A stretch of 61,704 bases of DNA, the filler included, from Callorhinchus milii (taxonomy: Eukaryota): NCBI RefSeq assembly GCF_018977255.1. It is 2 parts of 2 records of this genome, joined end to end, with 100 filler letters (N's around TTAATTAATTAA, not from the genome) between each part and the next. Parts side by side here need not be neighbours in the genome. Positions count along the whole stretch, not along the records: positions 1 to 30,839 come from NW_024705625.1; 1 more part is not named here. One strand, given 5' to 3'. Every line of letters starts with the position of its first letter. The stretch's first letter is position 1. The notes beneath the pieces are model-generated. The model was not told the DNA's origin and made no database searches. It was given only the letters and a program-made list of their open reading frames with translations. This document shows positions 1-12,066 of the stretch, one piece after another. The position numbers and the translations under genes are program-made.

Positions 1-42
1 TGAGAGCAGCCGAGTGCTTTGCATGTGTAACCGCTGCCCTCA

Positions 43-500
43 ATTGTATTAAATTTGCCCTCATCCAGGAATTGATGTCCGACAGGCAGTCTGTCAGGAC
101 AGCAGTGGTCCTGGAGTTGAGGGTGGAGGCAGAACGATATAGTTGGGTGTCATCCTATACGTATTTAAGTTGACCCCATTTTCATTGGATGATGTCACCA
201 AGGGGGAGCATATAGATATTAAGGAGGAGAGGGCCAAAGAAAGAGCCCTGGAGGACGCCAGACATGACAGCGTAGTGGCTGGAGGAGAAACTGTTAGAGG
301 CAACAAAGTGGAGACGGTGAGAGAGATAGGATTCAAACCAGTCAAGGGCAGATCTGCAAAGATTAAGTAAAGAGGGGAGGTGGTGCATGAGGATGGAGGG
401 GTCGACAGTGTCGAAGGCAGCAGAGAGGTCGAGGAGCACAAGGAGGCAGACGGCGCTCTGATCACAGATGCTCAGATTGTCATTAGTGGCTTTGACCAGG
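43..500 (-). mobile_element. L2-clade LINE reverse-transcriptase fragment
   Basis: ORF 182-439(-) LLDLSAAFDTVD...SGVLQGSFFGPLL. It is an inverted near-copy of ~2390-2845. Confidence 0.8.
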
Positions 501-1533
501 GCTGTTATAATAATAATAATCCTTGCATTTCATACAGCGCCTTATCAGGTCGTTGAGATGCTCAAAGTGCTTCACAGGATATACTATAAGAGCAGTGACT
601 GTATTTTGTGGGTGAAAAGTAGCAGTGAGTTTGCACACAGCAATGGAGTGAGAAAACAAATATATTTCGGGTGAATCGATGGACATGACGTCGGGAGAGA
701 GAAACTCCATTTCTTGAGGCTAAACAGTTTAGAAGTGACAGAGGGATAACATTGTTACACAGTGGGTGTTGGGAGTGTGGAATTCACTCCCTCGGAGGGC
801 AGTGGAGGCTGAGTCAATGGATCATTTTAAAAGGCAAATAGATAATTTCCTGATATGTACAGAGACAGTGATATCAGGGATTGTGGAGAGAGAGAGGGAG
901 GGAGATGGCATTGAGTTGCGGATTGCAACTGGAAAGTGTTGGCTCAGGCTTTCTGGGCCGAATGGCCTCCTTCTGTTCTTATGTTAATAATCATATTTAG
1001 TTAATAATAATCGCTGTATTTGGGAGAGCGCCTTATTATGTCGTTGAGACGTCTTAAAGCGTTTCATAGAATATACTGTAAAGTGGATTGACTGTGTATT
1101 TTGTGAGCGAAACGTGGCAGTCAATTTCTTGCTCACTCACTGACTCACTCTCACACACATACACTCACTCACTCACACACGCAAACACCCACTCATTCAC
1201 TCACACACACGCGCACATTCACCCACTCACTCTCAGAAGATTTAATTCACAAAGTGTGAGGATCGGGTGCCTGGTCTGGGGGTGACCCACTCTGCAGTCG
1301 TGGGATACTGGTTGTGATCTTGAGACGAGTTGTGCTTGAGTTTTAATAATCATAATAAACAAAGAGCCTTCTTCCCAACCTCAGGCAAGGATTGGGTCAC
1401 GTTAAGATTTAGTCTCACTCTCATCGGATTTTGTCCTTCACAAAGATCAAAGGATTGACGCACACGTCTTCAGGAAAGATTTTCTCACCGAATCTTCAGA
1501 CAGCCCTCTTTTATTTTATTTTTTTTAAATTGC

Positions 1534-1957
1534 TCAGTCGGGTGTCTGACACATACGGAAACCCATCACTGTGCTTAAGAGTTTTGTAAACCACGGTGAG
1601 AATTCCATGCCTCCCACCTACACATGGAAATCCTGGAGGTAGATTGTGGGAATGGAATGCACACTCTCTCTCCCCAGAAGGAGAGGTATCCCACATACTT
1701 AATTCTAGAAAGTATCAGGCGCAGGTTTGGTAGGAGCCAAGGCTTGGGGACCCCAGAGTGTGTGTTGGGGTAACTGCTGGATTCCAATCAGCTAAAACCA
1801 CATCGCTTGCCTTTGATATTGTAGGCTTTCCCGCTGCTTGTCCAGTCAGGACCAACCGCCCCGATAGGTCTTGGGCTTGCAGGATTAGCAGGAGCTGATT
1901 GGGATGATATTTTCAAGCATGGTGATGGGCTTCCGTATGTGTCAGACACCTGGCTGA
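1534..1957. mobile_element. MITE-like element with ~47-bp imperfect terminal inverted repeats
   Basis: TCAGTCGGGTGTCTGACACATACGGAAACCCATCAC at 1534 pairs with GTGATGGGCTTCCGTATGTGTCAGACACCTGGCTGA ending at 1957. Confidence 0.55.
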
Positions 1958-2039
1958 AGCCCCCAAAGATAAAAGAAACGTCCTTTTGTCTTTGTTGCTC
2001 CCATCAGCCCCTGTGGCCAGTGACTGCTCCCATGACTTC

Positions 2040-2845
2040 CTGTCCTTGGTTTTCCATAGACCACCTGCTCCCTCGATCCCATCGCCACCTCTCTCCTCAT
2101 CTCCCAGCTCCAGCTTCAGGCGCCTTTCCTCTCCGAACTCATCAACCTCTCCTTGTCCACCGGTTCAGTTCCCACCCCACTAAAAACAGCCATCATCAAC
2201 CTCATCCTGAAAATGCTTCCCGAGACCCATCCCTCCTCTCCAGCTACCGCACCATCTCTAACCTCCCATTCCTCTCCAATGTCCTAGAACGAGTCATCGA
2301 GTCCCAGTTCCGCTCCTTTCTTTCTCGCCATTCCCTCTTTAAACCCCTCCAATCCGGCATCCACACTGCCCACAGCACAGAAACAGCCCTGGTCAAAGCC
2401 ACTAATGACAATCTGAACATCTGTGATCAGAGCACCGTCTGCCTCCTTGTCCTCCTCAACCTCTCTGCTGCCTTTGACACTGTCGACCCCTTCATCCTCT
2501 TGCACCACCTCCCCTCCCTACTTAATCTTCACAGATCTGCCCTTGACTTGTTTAAATCCTATCTCTCTCACCGTCTCCACTTTGTTGCCTCTAACGGTTT
2601 CTCCTCCAGCCCCCGCACTGTCATGTCTGGCGTCCTCCAGGGCTCTGTCTTTGGCCCTCTCCTCCTTAATATCTACATGCTCCCCCTTGGTGACATCATC
2701 CGCTGAAAATGGGGTCAACTTCCATAGGTATAGGATGTCACCCAACTCTATCGTTCTGCCTCCACCCTCAACTCCAGGACCACTGCTGTCCTGACAGACT
2801 GCCGGTCAGACATCAAGTCCAGGATGAGGGCAAATTTAATACAAT
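2040..2845 (+). mobile_element. L2-clade LINE RT fragment
   Basis: YRTISNLPFLSNVLER...HSTETALVK...LSAAFDTVD...GVLQGSVFGPLL; degenerate. Confidence 0.85.
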
Positions 2846-3089
2846 TGAGGGCAGCTGTTACACATGCAGAGCACTCCGGCTGCTTTCATTGCCAATTTGA
2901 GGGGTGTTTCACACTCCGATAGCAAAATAATGAGTCATTTGTGATGATGGAGAGACACAAGAGATTGTGCTCCATCCTGTGTTCTGGGCCAAAGACAATT
3001 CGCTTGTGGCTGTTTGATGGGACGTTCTTGGGCTCCAATTGGCTGCCATGTTGGCCCACAAAACACACAGTCACTGCACTTTACAGTGA

Positions 3090-3440
3090 AGAATTATGAG
3101 GGGATTCGATCGGATGGTCAAGGAGAAACTATTTGAACTAGCGGGCTGGTTGGTAACCCGAGGACTCCAATTTGAAACAGTTGTTAAAATAAACAGAGGT
3201 GCGGTAATCTGCAAGAATTTGTTGGGATCTGGAGTGAATTGCATGAAAGGCTGGTGGAAGCCGATTCGATCACAGCTTTTTAGAGAAGAAGTAGTTAATT
3301 ATTTGTGGAGGTCAAGTTTGCAGAACTATGGGGAGAGAGTGGGGGAGTGGGATTGAATTAGATTATTCTTTTCAAAGAGTTGGCACAGACACGAGGGGCC
3401 GATTGGCCTCCTTCTGTGCTGTACAATCCAATAATTCTAT
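3090..3440 (+). mobile_element. CR1-clade LINE 3' end (other pieces at ~715-990 +, 16020-16375 -, 17410-17765 -, 22280-22640 -, 29495-29845 +)
   Basis: C-terminal MRGFDRM...KLF...TRG motif plus a 3' tail GGCC...GGCCTCCTTCTGTGCTGTA..TTCTAT. The paralogue at 766-987 gives WNSLPRRAVEAES. Confidence 0.7.
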
Positions 3441-3779
3441 CATATGGTGGAAATTTTGCTCTCTGAGAAGGTGTTGATCTAATTGCGATTAGCACTAATG
3501 GAAATTAATGCTAATTAATCTGAAATGCTGTACTCTGTCCTGCGCTTTGGGACATCCTCTCGACGTGAAAGGCGCTGTACAAATGTAGTCGTTTTTTGTT
3601 TTGGTAACAATTGATCCCAACATTTTACCTTTTCAGTGATAAATCTGCGCTAAATGGTTTTTAGATTTGAGTCCATAATTTCCACTATTCTCGATGATTG
3701 ATGATGGTGCAATATGGAATTCCTGTGTAATTGCAGCAACAGCATTACACATCCCATTATCTTTCATGTAAAGTGAGAC

Positions 3780-4460
3780 CCTTGATCTCAATCAACAACA
3801 ACAACAACAGCAAGATTGCATTTATAGAGCGCCTTTCGCGTCTGGAGGACGTCCCAAGGTGCTGGACAGTTGGGTCGGGACCCGAGCAGTGGGGAAATGG
3901 TCAGGGTGAGGGGAGGGAAGAGAGGGAGCGAGGAGGGTGTAGAGAGTCGAGAGGGAAGCTGAAGGCATGGTTGAAGAGAAAGGTCTTGAGACCGGCCTTG
4001 AAGGAGGAAAGGGAGGAAGCAAGGAGAAGGCACTGGGGGATGGAGTTCCAGAGCCTCGGGGCTGAGAGGCTGAAAGCCCGGCTACCAATGGTAGGGCAGT
4101 TGGGGCGGGGGATGTGGAGCAGACCGGAGCCAGAGGAACGGAGGGGACAGGCAGGTACGTAGGGGAAAAGTAGGTTGGAGAGGTAGGATGGAGCGAGGCC
4201 ATGAATGGCCTTGTAGGTGAGGATAAGGATTTTGAATTCGATCCTCTGGGGGATGGGGAGCCAGTGGAGGCGAGCGAGGGTGGGAGTGATGTGGTTGCGA
4301 AGCCTGGTGCGGGACAGTGCACGAGCTGCAGAGTTCCTAATGACCTGCAGCTTGTGGAGGGAGGTGCCGGGAAGGCCGGCGAGGAGAGAGTTCCCATAGT
4401 CCAGCCTTGAGGTGATAAAGGAGTGGACCAGAGTTTCAGCCGCGTGAGGGGTGATACCTG
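3780..4460 (-). mobile_element. L2 LINE 3' portion inserted into an integrase remnant (same insertion at ~15010-15670 + and ~30195-30790 -)
   Basis: AETLVHSFITSRLDYGNSLL...LHWLPIPQRIEFKIL...APRLWNSIP, ending in a (TTG)n tail. Confidence 0.85.
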
Positions 4461-4504
4461 TCAATACCTGTTTGAAGGTAAGAATCAATAGCTGTTTGAA
4501 GCCC

Positions 4505-5130
4505 AATCAAGTGACTATATGATTCACTGAAATGTTTACAGACGCTTGTGCAGTATTATGAGGTATTGGAAATACTTCAGCTCATTTTGTGAATGTATCA
4601 GTTACCACTAATACATAACGGTTTTTACGAGGTGTTGAAAGAAGTGGATCAATAAAATCAATGTGCAATAATGTCAATGGACCCTCCACTGGTCTGGTAT
4701 GTTACAACAATGCTTTTTTGAAAATTTAAGTCAGTTACAGTTAATTTGTGCACCATTTAGGCAATTTGCACAATAATTTTTTACATTTTCTGCACAATTA
4801 GACCACCAGGATACTTGTTGGAGTCGCTTTAACACAATAGAACTGGATTGATGTCCCGAAGTGGGAGCATCATGTACTTGTTGTAAATTATTATTCGGAC
4901 ACCTTGTCGGAACCATACAAAAATATTTGTAAAACAGCAAACCTTGTTTGACACTTCAATCTGATCTATGGTTTGAATAGTGATTATTCACGGAAACTTA
5001 AGAATTTAATGTTTCGATAGTTTGTATTATTTCCACATCAGTGTCATGGGCACATTTTTAAATCTACAGGTTTATCCCCAGAGATTACTGTGGCCACTTG
5101 TTCCAAAGATGGCTAAAATATGTCTGGATC
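4505..5130 (-). mobile_element. LTR-retroelement pol remnant (integrase HHCC zinc finger and core); inverted copy at ~14370-14985 (+)
   Basis: VHDAPTSGHQ...WWSN..ENVKNYCANC followed by a HIDFI.PL...RYVLVVTDTFTK-type core; contains stops and frameshifts. Confidence 0.7.
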
Positions 5131-5407
5131 CCATTTTGTGACACTGTGTGGCCACTTTTGTGGCCAAATCGTCTGCGATGTTATTAGTTTTTCCGTTCGT
5201 CAATACAAAGTGGTGCAAAGCGGAATGACATTTAACGTCTCATCCCTCCAACAATATGGTGCTCTCCCCCCAGCAATGCACTGGAGCGTCACCTTAGACT
5301 ACATGGGTTCCAAGACCCTCAGACACGCACTCGTCGAGAACAGAGATGGTAACAGCAGCCCGAGAGAACTACCATGGCCCAGACACTGGGTATCAGTCTG
5401 GCTCCGT

Positions 5408-5685
5408 CACTGTGTCAGCTCAGCCCAGTCACCGTGTGTCAGTGTCGCTGAGTCACCGTGTGTCAGTGTCGCTCAGTCACCGTGTGTCAGTGTCGTTCAG
5501 TCAACGTGTGTCAGTGTCGTTCAGTCAACGTGTGTCAGTGTCGTTCAGTCACCGTGTGTCAGTGTCGCTCAGTCACCGTGTGTCAGTGTCGCTGAGTCAC
5601 CGTGTTTCAGTGTCGCTCACTCACCGTGTGTCAGTGTCTCTCAGTCACTGTGTGTCAGTGTCGCTCACTCACTGTGTGTCAGTCC
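5408..5685. repeat. 24-bp minisatellite (GTCACCGTGTGTCAGTGTCGCTSA)n; shorter inverted copy at ~13880-14065
   Basis: Direct tandem units visible, giving SPCVSVA(E/Q) repeats in translation. Confidence 0.9.
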
Positions 5686-5704
5686 TGAACTGACAGATTG
5701 GAAT

Positions 5705-5865
5705 ATGGTTTAACATCTCATCCAAAGGACAGCGCCTCCGACAGTGTATTCCCAACCCCCAGAACTGCATTGGAGCATTGGCTTAGACTATGTGTTTCCA
5801 AGACACGAAGTGGGACTGAAACCCACAACCTTCTTACTCAGAGGCGAGAGCGCTACCACTGCCTC
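5705..5865 (-). mobile_element. tRNA-derived SINE head, Deu-SINE/SacSINE-like (copies at ~13700-13860 +, 8755-8880 -, 19725-19850 +)
   Basis: GGCAGTGGTAGCGCTCTCGCCTCTGAGT...GGTT(T)CAGTCCCAC resembles a Pol III A/B-box head. Family name is from memory. Confidence 0.55.
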
Positions 5866-6279
5866 AGTGAATGGAGGATTTTGTTCAGGACGGTGTAGAA
5901 TTTTGATCATCGTGTAAAAGTCAGATGGTATTTGGAGTTGGGTTTCTATATATAAACTGCAGGAGAACAATTTTCAAATTTACACGGAAATACAGAGTAT
6001 TTTACAATCTTTGTTGCCCCTTAAACTCCGGCTGCTTTCGTTGCCAATGTGAGGGTTGTTTCACACTCCGATAGCAAAATAATGAGTCATTTAAGGAATG
6101 AAAGGTTTGTTGTTTTTTGATTGTCATCCTTACGAAAGCATATTCTGCGACGCAACTCACATCCGCCTCCCATCATATGTCATGATATTGATCATAAATC
6201 TCAAATATATAAACATTGCAAATATGAGATATTATTTAACTCATTAATTGCAGAATCCTACAGTTGGGTTTAGGAGGTC

Positions 6280-7250
6280 ACAGGTGTAGTTCGGGACAAG
6301 ACCGTGGAGGCATTTGAAGGGGAGGATGAGGATCTTGAACTCTATCCTCGGGGGATGGGGAGCCAGTGGAGCCCGGCGAGGATGGGGGTGATGGGGTCAT
6401 AGAGCTTAGTGCAGGAGAGGACACGAGCTGCAGAGTCAACAACAACAACAACTTGGATTTATATAGCCCCCTCCATGCCAGACGGCGTCTCAGAGCGCTT
6501 TGCATTAAAGGATCCGGGGGCAGAGCCAGGGGGATGGGAAGGAAGTTAATCAAAGCCGCAGTCAAAAAGAAAGCTCTTCAGCCGAGACTTGAAAATAGGA
6601 AGAGAGGGGACGAGGTGAAGGGATTGAGGAAGGGAGTTCCAGAGCCTCAGGACGTAGTGGCTGAAGGAACCGCCACCGAGGGTGGAGCGGAGTACTCAGG
6701 GGACTCGGAAGTTGCGGGATGCAGAGGAGTGGACTGATTTGAAGACAAAGTTAAGGATCTTGAAGTTGTTCCTCTCTGGGAAAGGCAGCCAACACAGTCT
6801 GGCAAGGACTGGGGTAATCGTGGAGCGGCGTTTGGTACGTGTGAGAATGCAGGTGGCAGATTTTTGTAGAATCTGGATTTTATGGATGGTAGTGTTTTAG
6901 GATTTTATGGAGGGAAGACCGGCGAGGAGGGAGTTTGGGTAGTCCAGCCAAGAGGTGACAAAGGCATGGTCCTGGGTTTCAGCGTCTTTCAGAGATAGGT
7001 ATTGGTGGAGGCGTGCAATGTGTCGGAGGTGAAGGAAATTGGTGCTGCTGAGGAACCGGATGACGAGTAAGAAGGATAATTGGTGGTCGAACCTGATGGC
7101 GAGGCTGCGTACGGGTTCGAAGAGTTTTAGGGGGAGGACGGGTAGCTGGATGATGTCAGAACTTTGAGAATACAGACATGGATGAGAGCTAAAATGTGTG
7201 GCTTCCATCTTGTCAACATTCAACTGAAGGAAATGTACGCTTATCCAGCT
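6280..7250 (-). mobile_element. Composite L2 LINE fragments; related inverted block at ~10690-11700 (+)
   Basis: LRHIARLHQYLS...HAFVTSWLDYPNSLLAGLP, with nested (GTT)n-tailed 3' ends. Confidence 0.75.
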
Positions 7251-7474
7251 TCTTAGGTCTGACAGGCAACCTGATAGAATATCAGGGGACTGGGGGTCAC
7301 AAAGAGAAGTGGAAAAATAGAGTCTTGAATAATCTGCATCTTGGGTAGGGAAGAGTTGGGTAACATGGTGAGCAGGGAGTGAGTGTTGTCAAGTCTGGAT
7401 GTTATCATCTCTGCTCCCACTGACTGTGTGTCTAACCCATTATCACAATATCTGGATGTTTGCATAGAATAAGG

Positions 7475-7790
7475 TGTGTGGCTGAGAGGTATTGCACAAC
7501 AACAAGTACATTATGCTCCCACGTCTGGACATCAATCAGCGCTTCTACATTACAGCGACTACATCAAATATCCTGGTGCTATTGATTGGGATCAAGGAAT
7601 TCACTTTACAAGAAAGGTGATGGGATGTGCAACACAGTTGCTGGATTTACACAGCAATTCCATATTGTACCGTCCTCAATCATCGGGAATAGTGGAAAGT
7701 ATGGACCCAAATCTAAAAACCATGTTGCAAATTTAACACTGAAAAGGTAAAATGTTGGGATCAATTGTTACCATTAGTGCTGAACGCAAT
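7475..7790 (+). mobile_element. LTR-element integrase remnant, internally deleted (further copy at 16915-17400)
   Basis: HYAPTSGHQ, DQGIHFT and YRPQSSGIVES integrase motifs. Confidence 0.7.
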
Positions 7791-7799
7791 TGCATCAAT

Positions 7800-8760
7800 C
7801 TATCTCCATCTCCCAGCTCCACCTTCTGGCCCCTCTCCTGTCCGACGTCATCAACCTATCCTTTTCCACAGTTTCAGTTTCTAACTCCCTAAAAACAGCC
7901 ATCAGCACCCCCATCCTGAAAATACTTCCCTAGACCCATCCCTCCTCTCCAGCTACGCACCATCTCTAAACTCCCATTCCTCTCCAAGGTCCTAGAACGA
8001 GTCATCGAGTCCCAGCTCCGCTATTTTCTTTCTAGCCATACCCTCTTTGAACCCCTCCAATCCGGCTTCCGCGCTGCCCACAGCACAGAAACAGCCCTGG
8101 TCAAAGCCACTAATGACATTCTGAACATCTGTGATCAGAGCTTCCTCTGCCTCCTTGTTCTCCTCGACCTCTCTGCCGCCTTCGACACTGTCGACCACTC
8201 CATCCTCATACACCACCTCTCCTCTTTACTTACTCTTCGCAGATCTGCCCTTGACTGGATCGAATCCTATCTCTCTCACCGTCTCCACTTTGTTGCCTCT
8301 AACGGTTTCTCCTCCAGCCCCCGCACTGTCACGTTTGGCGTCCCCCAGGGCTCTGTGCTTGGCCCTCTCCTCTTTAATATCTACATGCTCCCCGTTGGTG
8401 ATATCATCCGCTGAAAATGGGATCAACTTCCCTCACCTCCGTAACATCACCCGACTCCACCACTACCTCACCCCTCAGGACTCTGAAACTCTTGTTCATG
8501 CCTTCATCACCGCCAGGCTTGACTAGGCAAACATCCTGCTTGTCGGCCTTCCCAACTCCTCCCTCCACAGGCTGCAGATAATGCAGAACTCTGCAGCCCG
8601 TGTGCTCTCCCACACCAAACTCCGTGACATCATCGCCCCCATTCTCGCCCGACTCCATTGGTGCCGTATCCTTCAGAGGATCCAGTTCAAGATGCTTTTC
8701 CTCACCTCCAAAGCCCTCCATGTCCTGCGAACCCTAACCCTCTACCAACCCGCCATCTCC
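7800..8760 (+). mobile_element. L2 LINE RT and C-terminal fragments
   Basis: Homologous to 2040-2710, then ETLVHAFITARLD / QNSAARVL...LHW. Confidence 0.8.
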
Positions 8761-9648
8761 GACAGTGTAACAAACCCCAACACTTCATTTGAGCATCAGC
8801 TTTGACTTTGTGTTTCCATGTCCCGATGTGGGAATGGAACCCACAACCTTCTGACTCAGAGGTGCCATCGTTACTACTGCGCCAGTGAATTGAGGATTTT
8901 GTTTGAGACGGTGCAGAATTTTGATCTGTAAATGACCGGTGAATCTGGAGCTACACGCCTGCGCAGTACACAGTGACGGCCTGGAGTGCTGGATGCGCAG
9001 TGTAGATGGAGCTTTACTCCTCAACAACATTTACACAGTGCTCCTCATGTAGGATAGCGTCCCAGAGCGCTTGACGTGGCAGAGCACGTTGCCGAGCCGC
9101 GTGGGGGGGGAGGTGATCGTAGGCACAGTCAAAGAGGTAGGTCTTCAGGCAGGACCTGAAGGTGGGGAAGGAGGGGAAAAGCCGGAGGGAAAGAGGAAAA
9201 ATGGTCCAGAGTTTTGGGGCGCAGTGGATAGTGGGACAGAGAGAGCAATGGGCAAACAGGAGCCAGTCGAGCGGAGGCGGAGGGCTGTAGGTTCATGGTA
9301 AGCAGTTCGGAGGGTGGTGCCAATTCATGAAGGGATTTGAAAACGAGTGCGAGGATCTTGAACTTGATGCTTTCAGCGATAGCGAACCAGTGGAGCCTGG
9401 CGAGACATGGTGTGTGGTGTGATGCTCACCCATGTCTGTATCTAACCTGCCCGGTAGCTGACCTGGGAGAGCTGTAATAATAATAATAATCTTTGCATTT
9501 GATACAGCGTCTGATCACGTTATTGAGACATCTCAAATTGCTTCACAATTTATACTTTAAATAGGATTGACTGTGCATTGTTTGGTCAAATGTGGCAGCC
9601 GATTGCGAACAGCAGTGTCCCACAAACACTCATGGATTCAGCGACCTG

Positions 9649-9708
<60 letters not shown>

Positions 9709-9891
9709 TCTCTGAGAAACACAAAGACCAGACTGCTCATAAGATGAATGAATGATATTTATTGATTGCCCTCCGCCCTGTTGTTCAGGGAGGTGGGTTA
9801 CAAGCTACAGGAGGCTGGTGGCTGAATCTCATCCTTTCTCCTGCGCTGCTGACAGACAGCTCTCCATTCCACTGCCTCAGCTTTTCCTTTT

Positions 9892-10280
9892 TTATATGCA
9901 GCAAATGCCCCCAACATCAGAGCAATATCCAACACGTCTCTGTGTTGTCAGACACGAATCCACGCACAGTCCTCCACGAAATTCACAAAACCAGGACATC
10001 GATCTTATTGTACCTGCATTTTGGCCTCACCCTGAACAGATATACTCAGTTATACAGCGCCATTCACGCCACACGGACGTCTCAGAGCTTCACAACAGCT
10101 CACACTCACACAGCGTCACTCACACCGCACGGATGATGTGTGGGGAGCGAGTCGGGCGGGGAGTGCAGGGCTGGAGGGGGTCGGTGAGGAGGAGAGAGAC
10201 GAACATTGGGATTTACTCACATTGACTGTGACTCCCTGAGCCATGAACAGCACAGAGAGAGCGAGCACTAAGCAGTACAT
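9892..10280 (-). pseudogene. Beta-defensin-like pseudogene A (exon 1 10280-10221, exon 2 10031-9892)
   Basis: Six-Cys core CEFRGGLCVDSCLTTQRRVGYCSDVGGICC is intact. A 1-nt deletion makes exon 1 60 nt (phase 0 instead of 1), there is an in-frame TGA at 10029-10027, and the TATA region is partly deleted. Confidence 0.8.
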
Positions 10281-11871
10281 GGTTTCTGGAAGTCTGGAAG
10301 CCTTGTAAATACAGCGGGAGACACATTGGTCAGAGACTGTATGAAGTTGTCTGAATGTTTATCCCCTTCACATACTGAGGGCAGCGGTTACACGTGCAAA
10401 GCACTGCGGCTGCTTCCATTGCCAATGTGAGGGGTGTTTAACACTCCGTTAGCAAAATAATGAGTCATTTGTGATGATGGAGAGATTCAAGAGAAGGTAC
10501 TCCATCCTGCGTTCTCGGCAACAGACAAATTCGCTTGCGGCTGTTTGAGGGGATGTTGTTGGTCTCAACTTGGCTGCCATGTTGGCCCACAAAACACATG
10601 GTCACTAGTTTGTAGTGAAGAATTATGAGGGGATTCCTTAACCAAGAGGCAGATTATTCATGACTCTATTTTTCCATCTCTCTTTGCGACCCTCAGACCC
10701 CTGTCTGTCAGTTTGCCTGTCAGACCTCAGGAGTTGGATGATTGCAAATTTCCTTCAGTTGAACGTTGACAAAATGGAAGCCATTCTTTTTGGCTCTCAT
10801 CAACATCTAAAGTCTCACAGTTCTCACGTCATCCACCTTTCCGACCTCCCCCTAACACTCTCTGAACCCGTACGCAACACCAAATTATCCTTACTCCCCC
10901 ACATCCGGTATTGCACCAGCACTGCTTTCTTCCACCTCCAACACATCGCCCGTCTCCACCAATACCTCTCTCCGAAAGACGCTGGAACCCTGGACCATGC
11001 ATTTGTCACCTCTCGGCTGGACGACTCAAACACCATCCTCACTGGTCTCCGCTCCATAAAATCCTAAAACACTACCATCCATAAAATCCAGATTATACAA
11101 AATCTGCACCTGCATTCCCACCCGCACCAAACTCCGCTCCACGATCACCCCAGTCCTTGCCAGACTGCGTTGGCTGCCTTTCCCAGAGAGCAACAACTTC
11201 AAGATCCTTACCTTTGTCTTCAAATCCGTGCACTCCTCTGCATCCCACTACTTCCGAGTCCCCCGAGTACTCCGCTCCACCCTCAGTGGCAGTGCCTTCA
11301 GCCACTACGTCCTGAGGCTCTGGAACTCCCTTCCTCAATCCCTTCACCTCGTCCCCTCTCTTCCTATTTTCAAGTCTCGGCTGAAGAGCTGTCTTTTTGA
11401 CTGCGGCTTTGATTTACTTCCTCCCCATCCCACTGCCTCTACCCCCGGATCCTTTAATGTAAAGCGCTCTGAGACGCCGTCTGGCATGGAGGGGGCTATA
11501 TAAATCCAAGTTGTTGTTGTTGTTGACTCTGCAGCTCGTGTCCTCTCCTGCACTAAGCTCTATGACCCCATCACCCCCATCCTCGCCGGTCTCCACTGGC
11601 TCCCCATCCCCCCGAGGATAGAGTTCAAGATCCTCATCCTCCCCTTCAAATGCCTCCACGGTTTTCTCCCGAACTACACCTGTGACCTCCTAAACTACTG
11701 TAGGATTCTGCAATTAATGTGTTAAATAATATCTCATATTTGCAATGTTTATATATTTGAGATTTATGATCAATATCATAACATATGATGGGAAGCGGTT
11801 GTGAGTTGCGTCGCAGAATATGCTTTCGTAATGATGACAATCAAAAAACAACAAACCTTTCATTCCTTAAA

Positions 11872-11983
11872 TGACTCATTATTTTGCTATCGGAGTGTGA
11901 AACACCCCTCACATTGGCAATGAAAGCAGTCGGAGTGCTTTGCATATGTCACCGCTGCCCTCAGTATGTGAAGGGGATAAATA
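11872..11983 (+). promoter_or_regulatory. Proximal promoter of the defensin-like gene: AP-1 site TGACTCA (11872-11878), C/EBP-like TTGGCAAT (~11914-11921), TATA-like GATAAATA (11976-11983)
   Basis: Motifs read directly. The same block recurs upstream of every paralogue, with the TATA-like element variable between copies. Confidence 0.55.
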
Positions 11984-12066
11984 CCTCTCATATTCAGACA
12001 ACTTCATACAGTCTCTGACCAACGTTTCTCTGCGGTCTTTACAAGGCTTCCAGACTTCCAGAGACT

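Noticed and set aside
5120..5713. 197-aa ORF with SPCVSVAQ repeats
   Set aside because: Read-through of a 24-bp minisatellite and SINE/LTR debris.
10027..10029. TGA shared by copies A and E, considered as selenocysteine or readthrough
   Set aside because: It aligns with CGA in copy D (a CpG transition) in the pro-region, both copies have further disabling lesions, and no SECIS was recognised.
9752..10225. 157-aa ORF MQQMPPTSEQYP... and its paralogues (12108-12461 -, 28576-29091 +)
   Set aside because: These are antisense shadow frames of the defensin-like genes. The splice sites, signal peptide and Cys motif are on the opposite strand.
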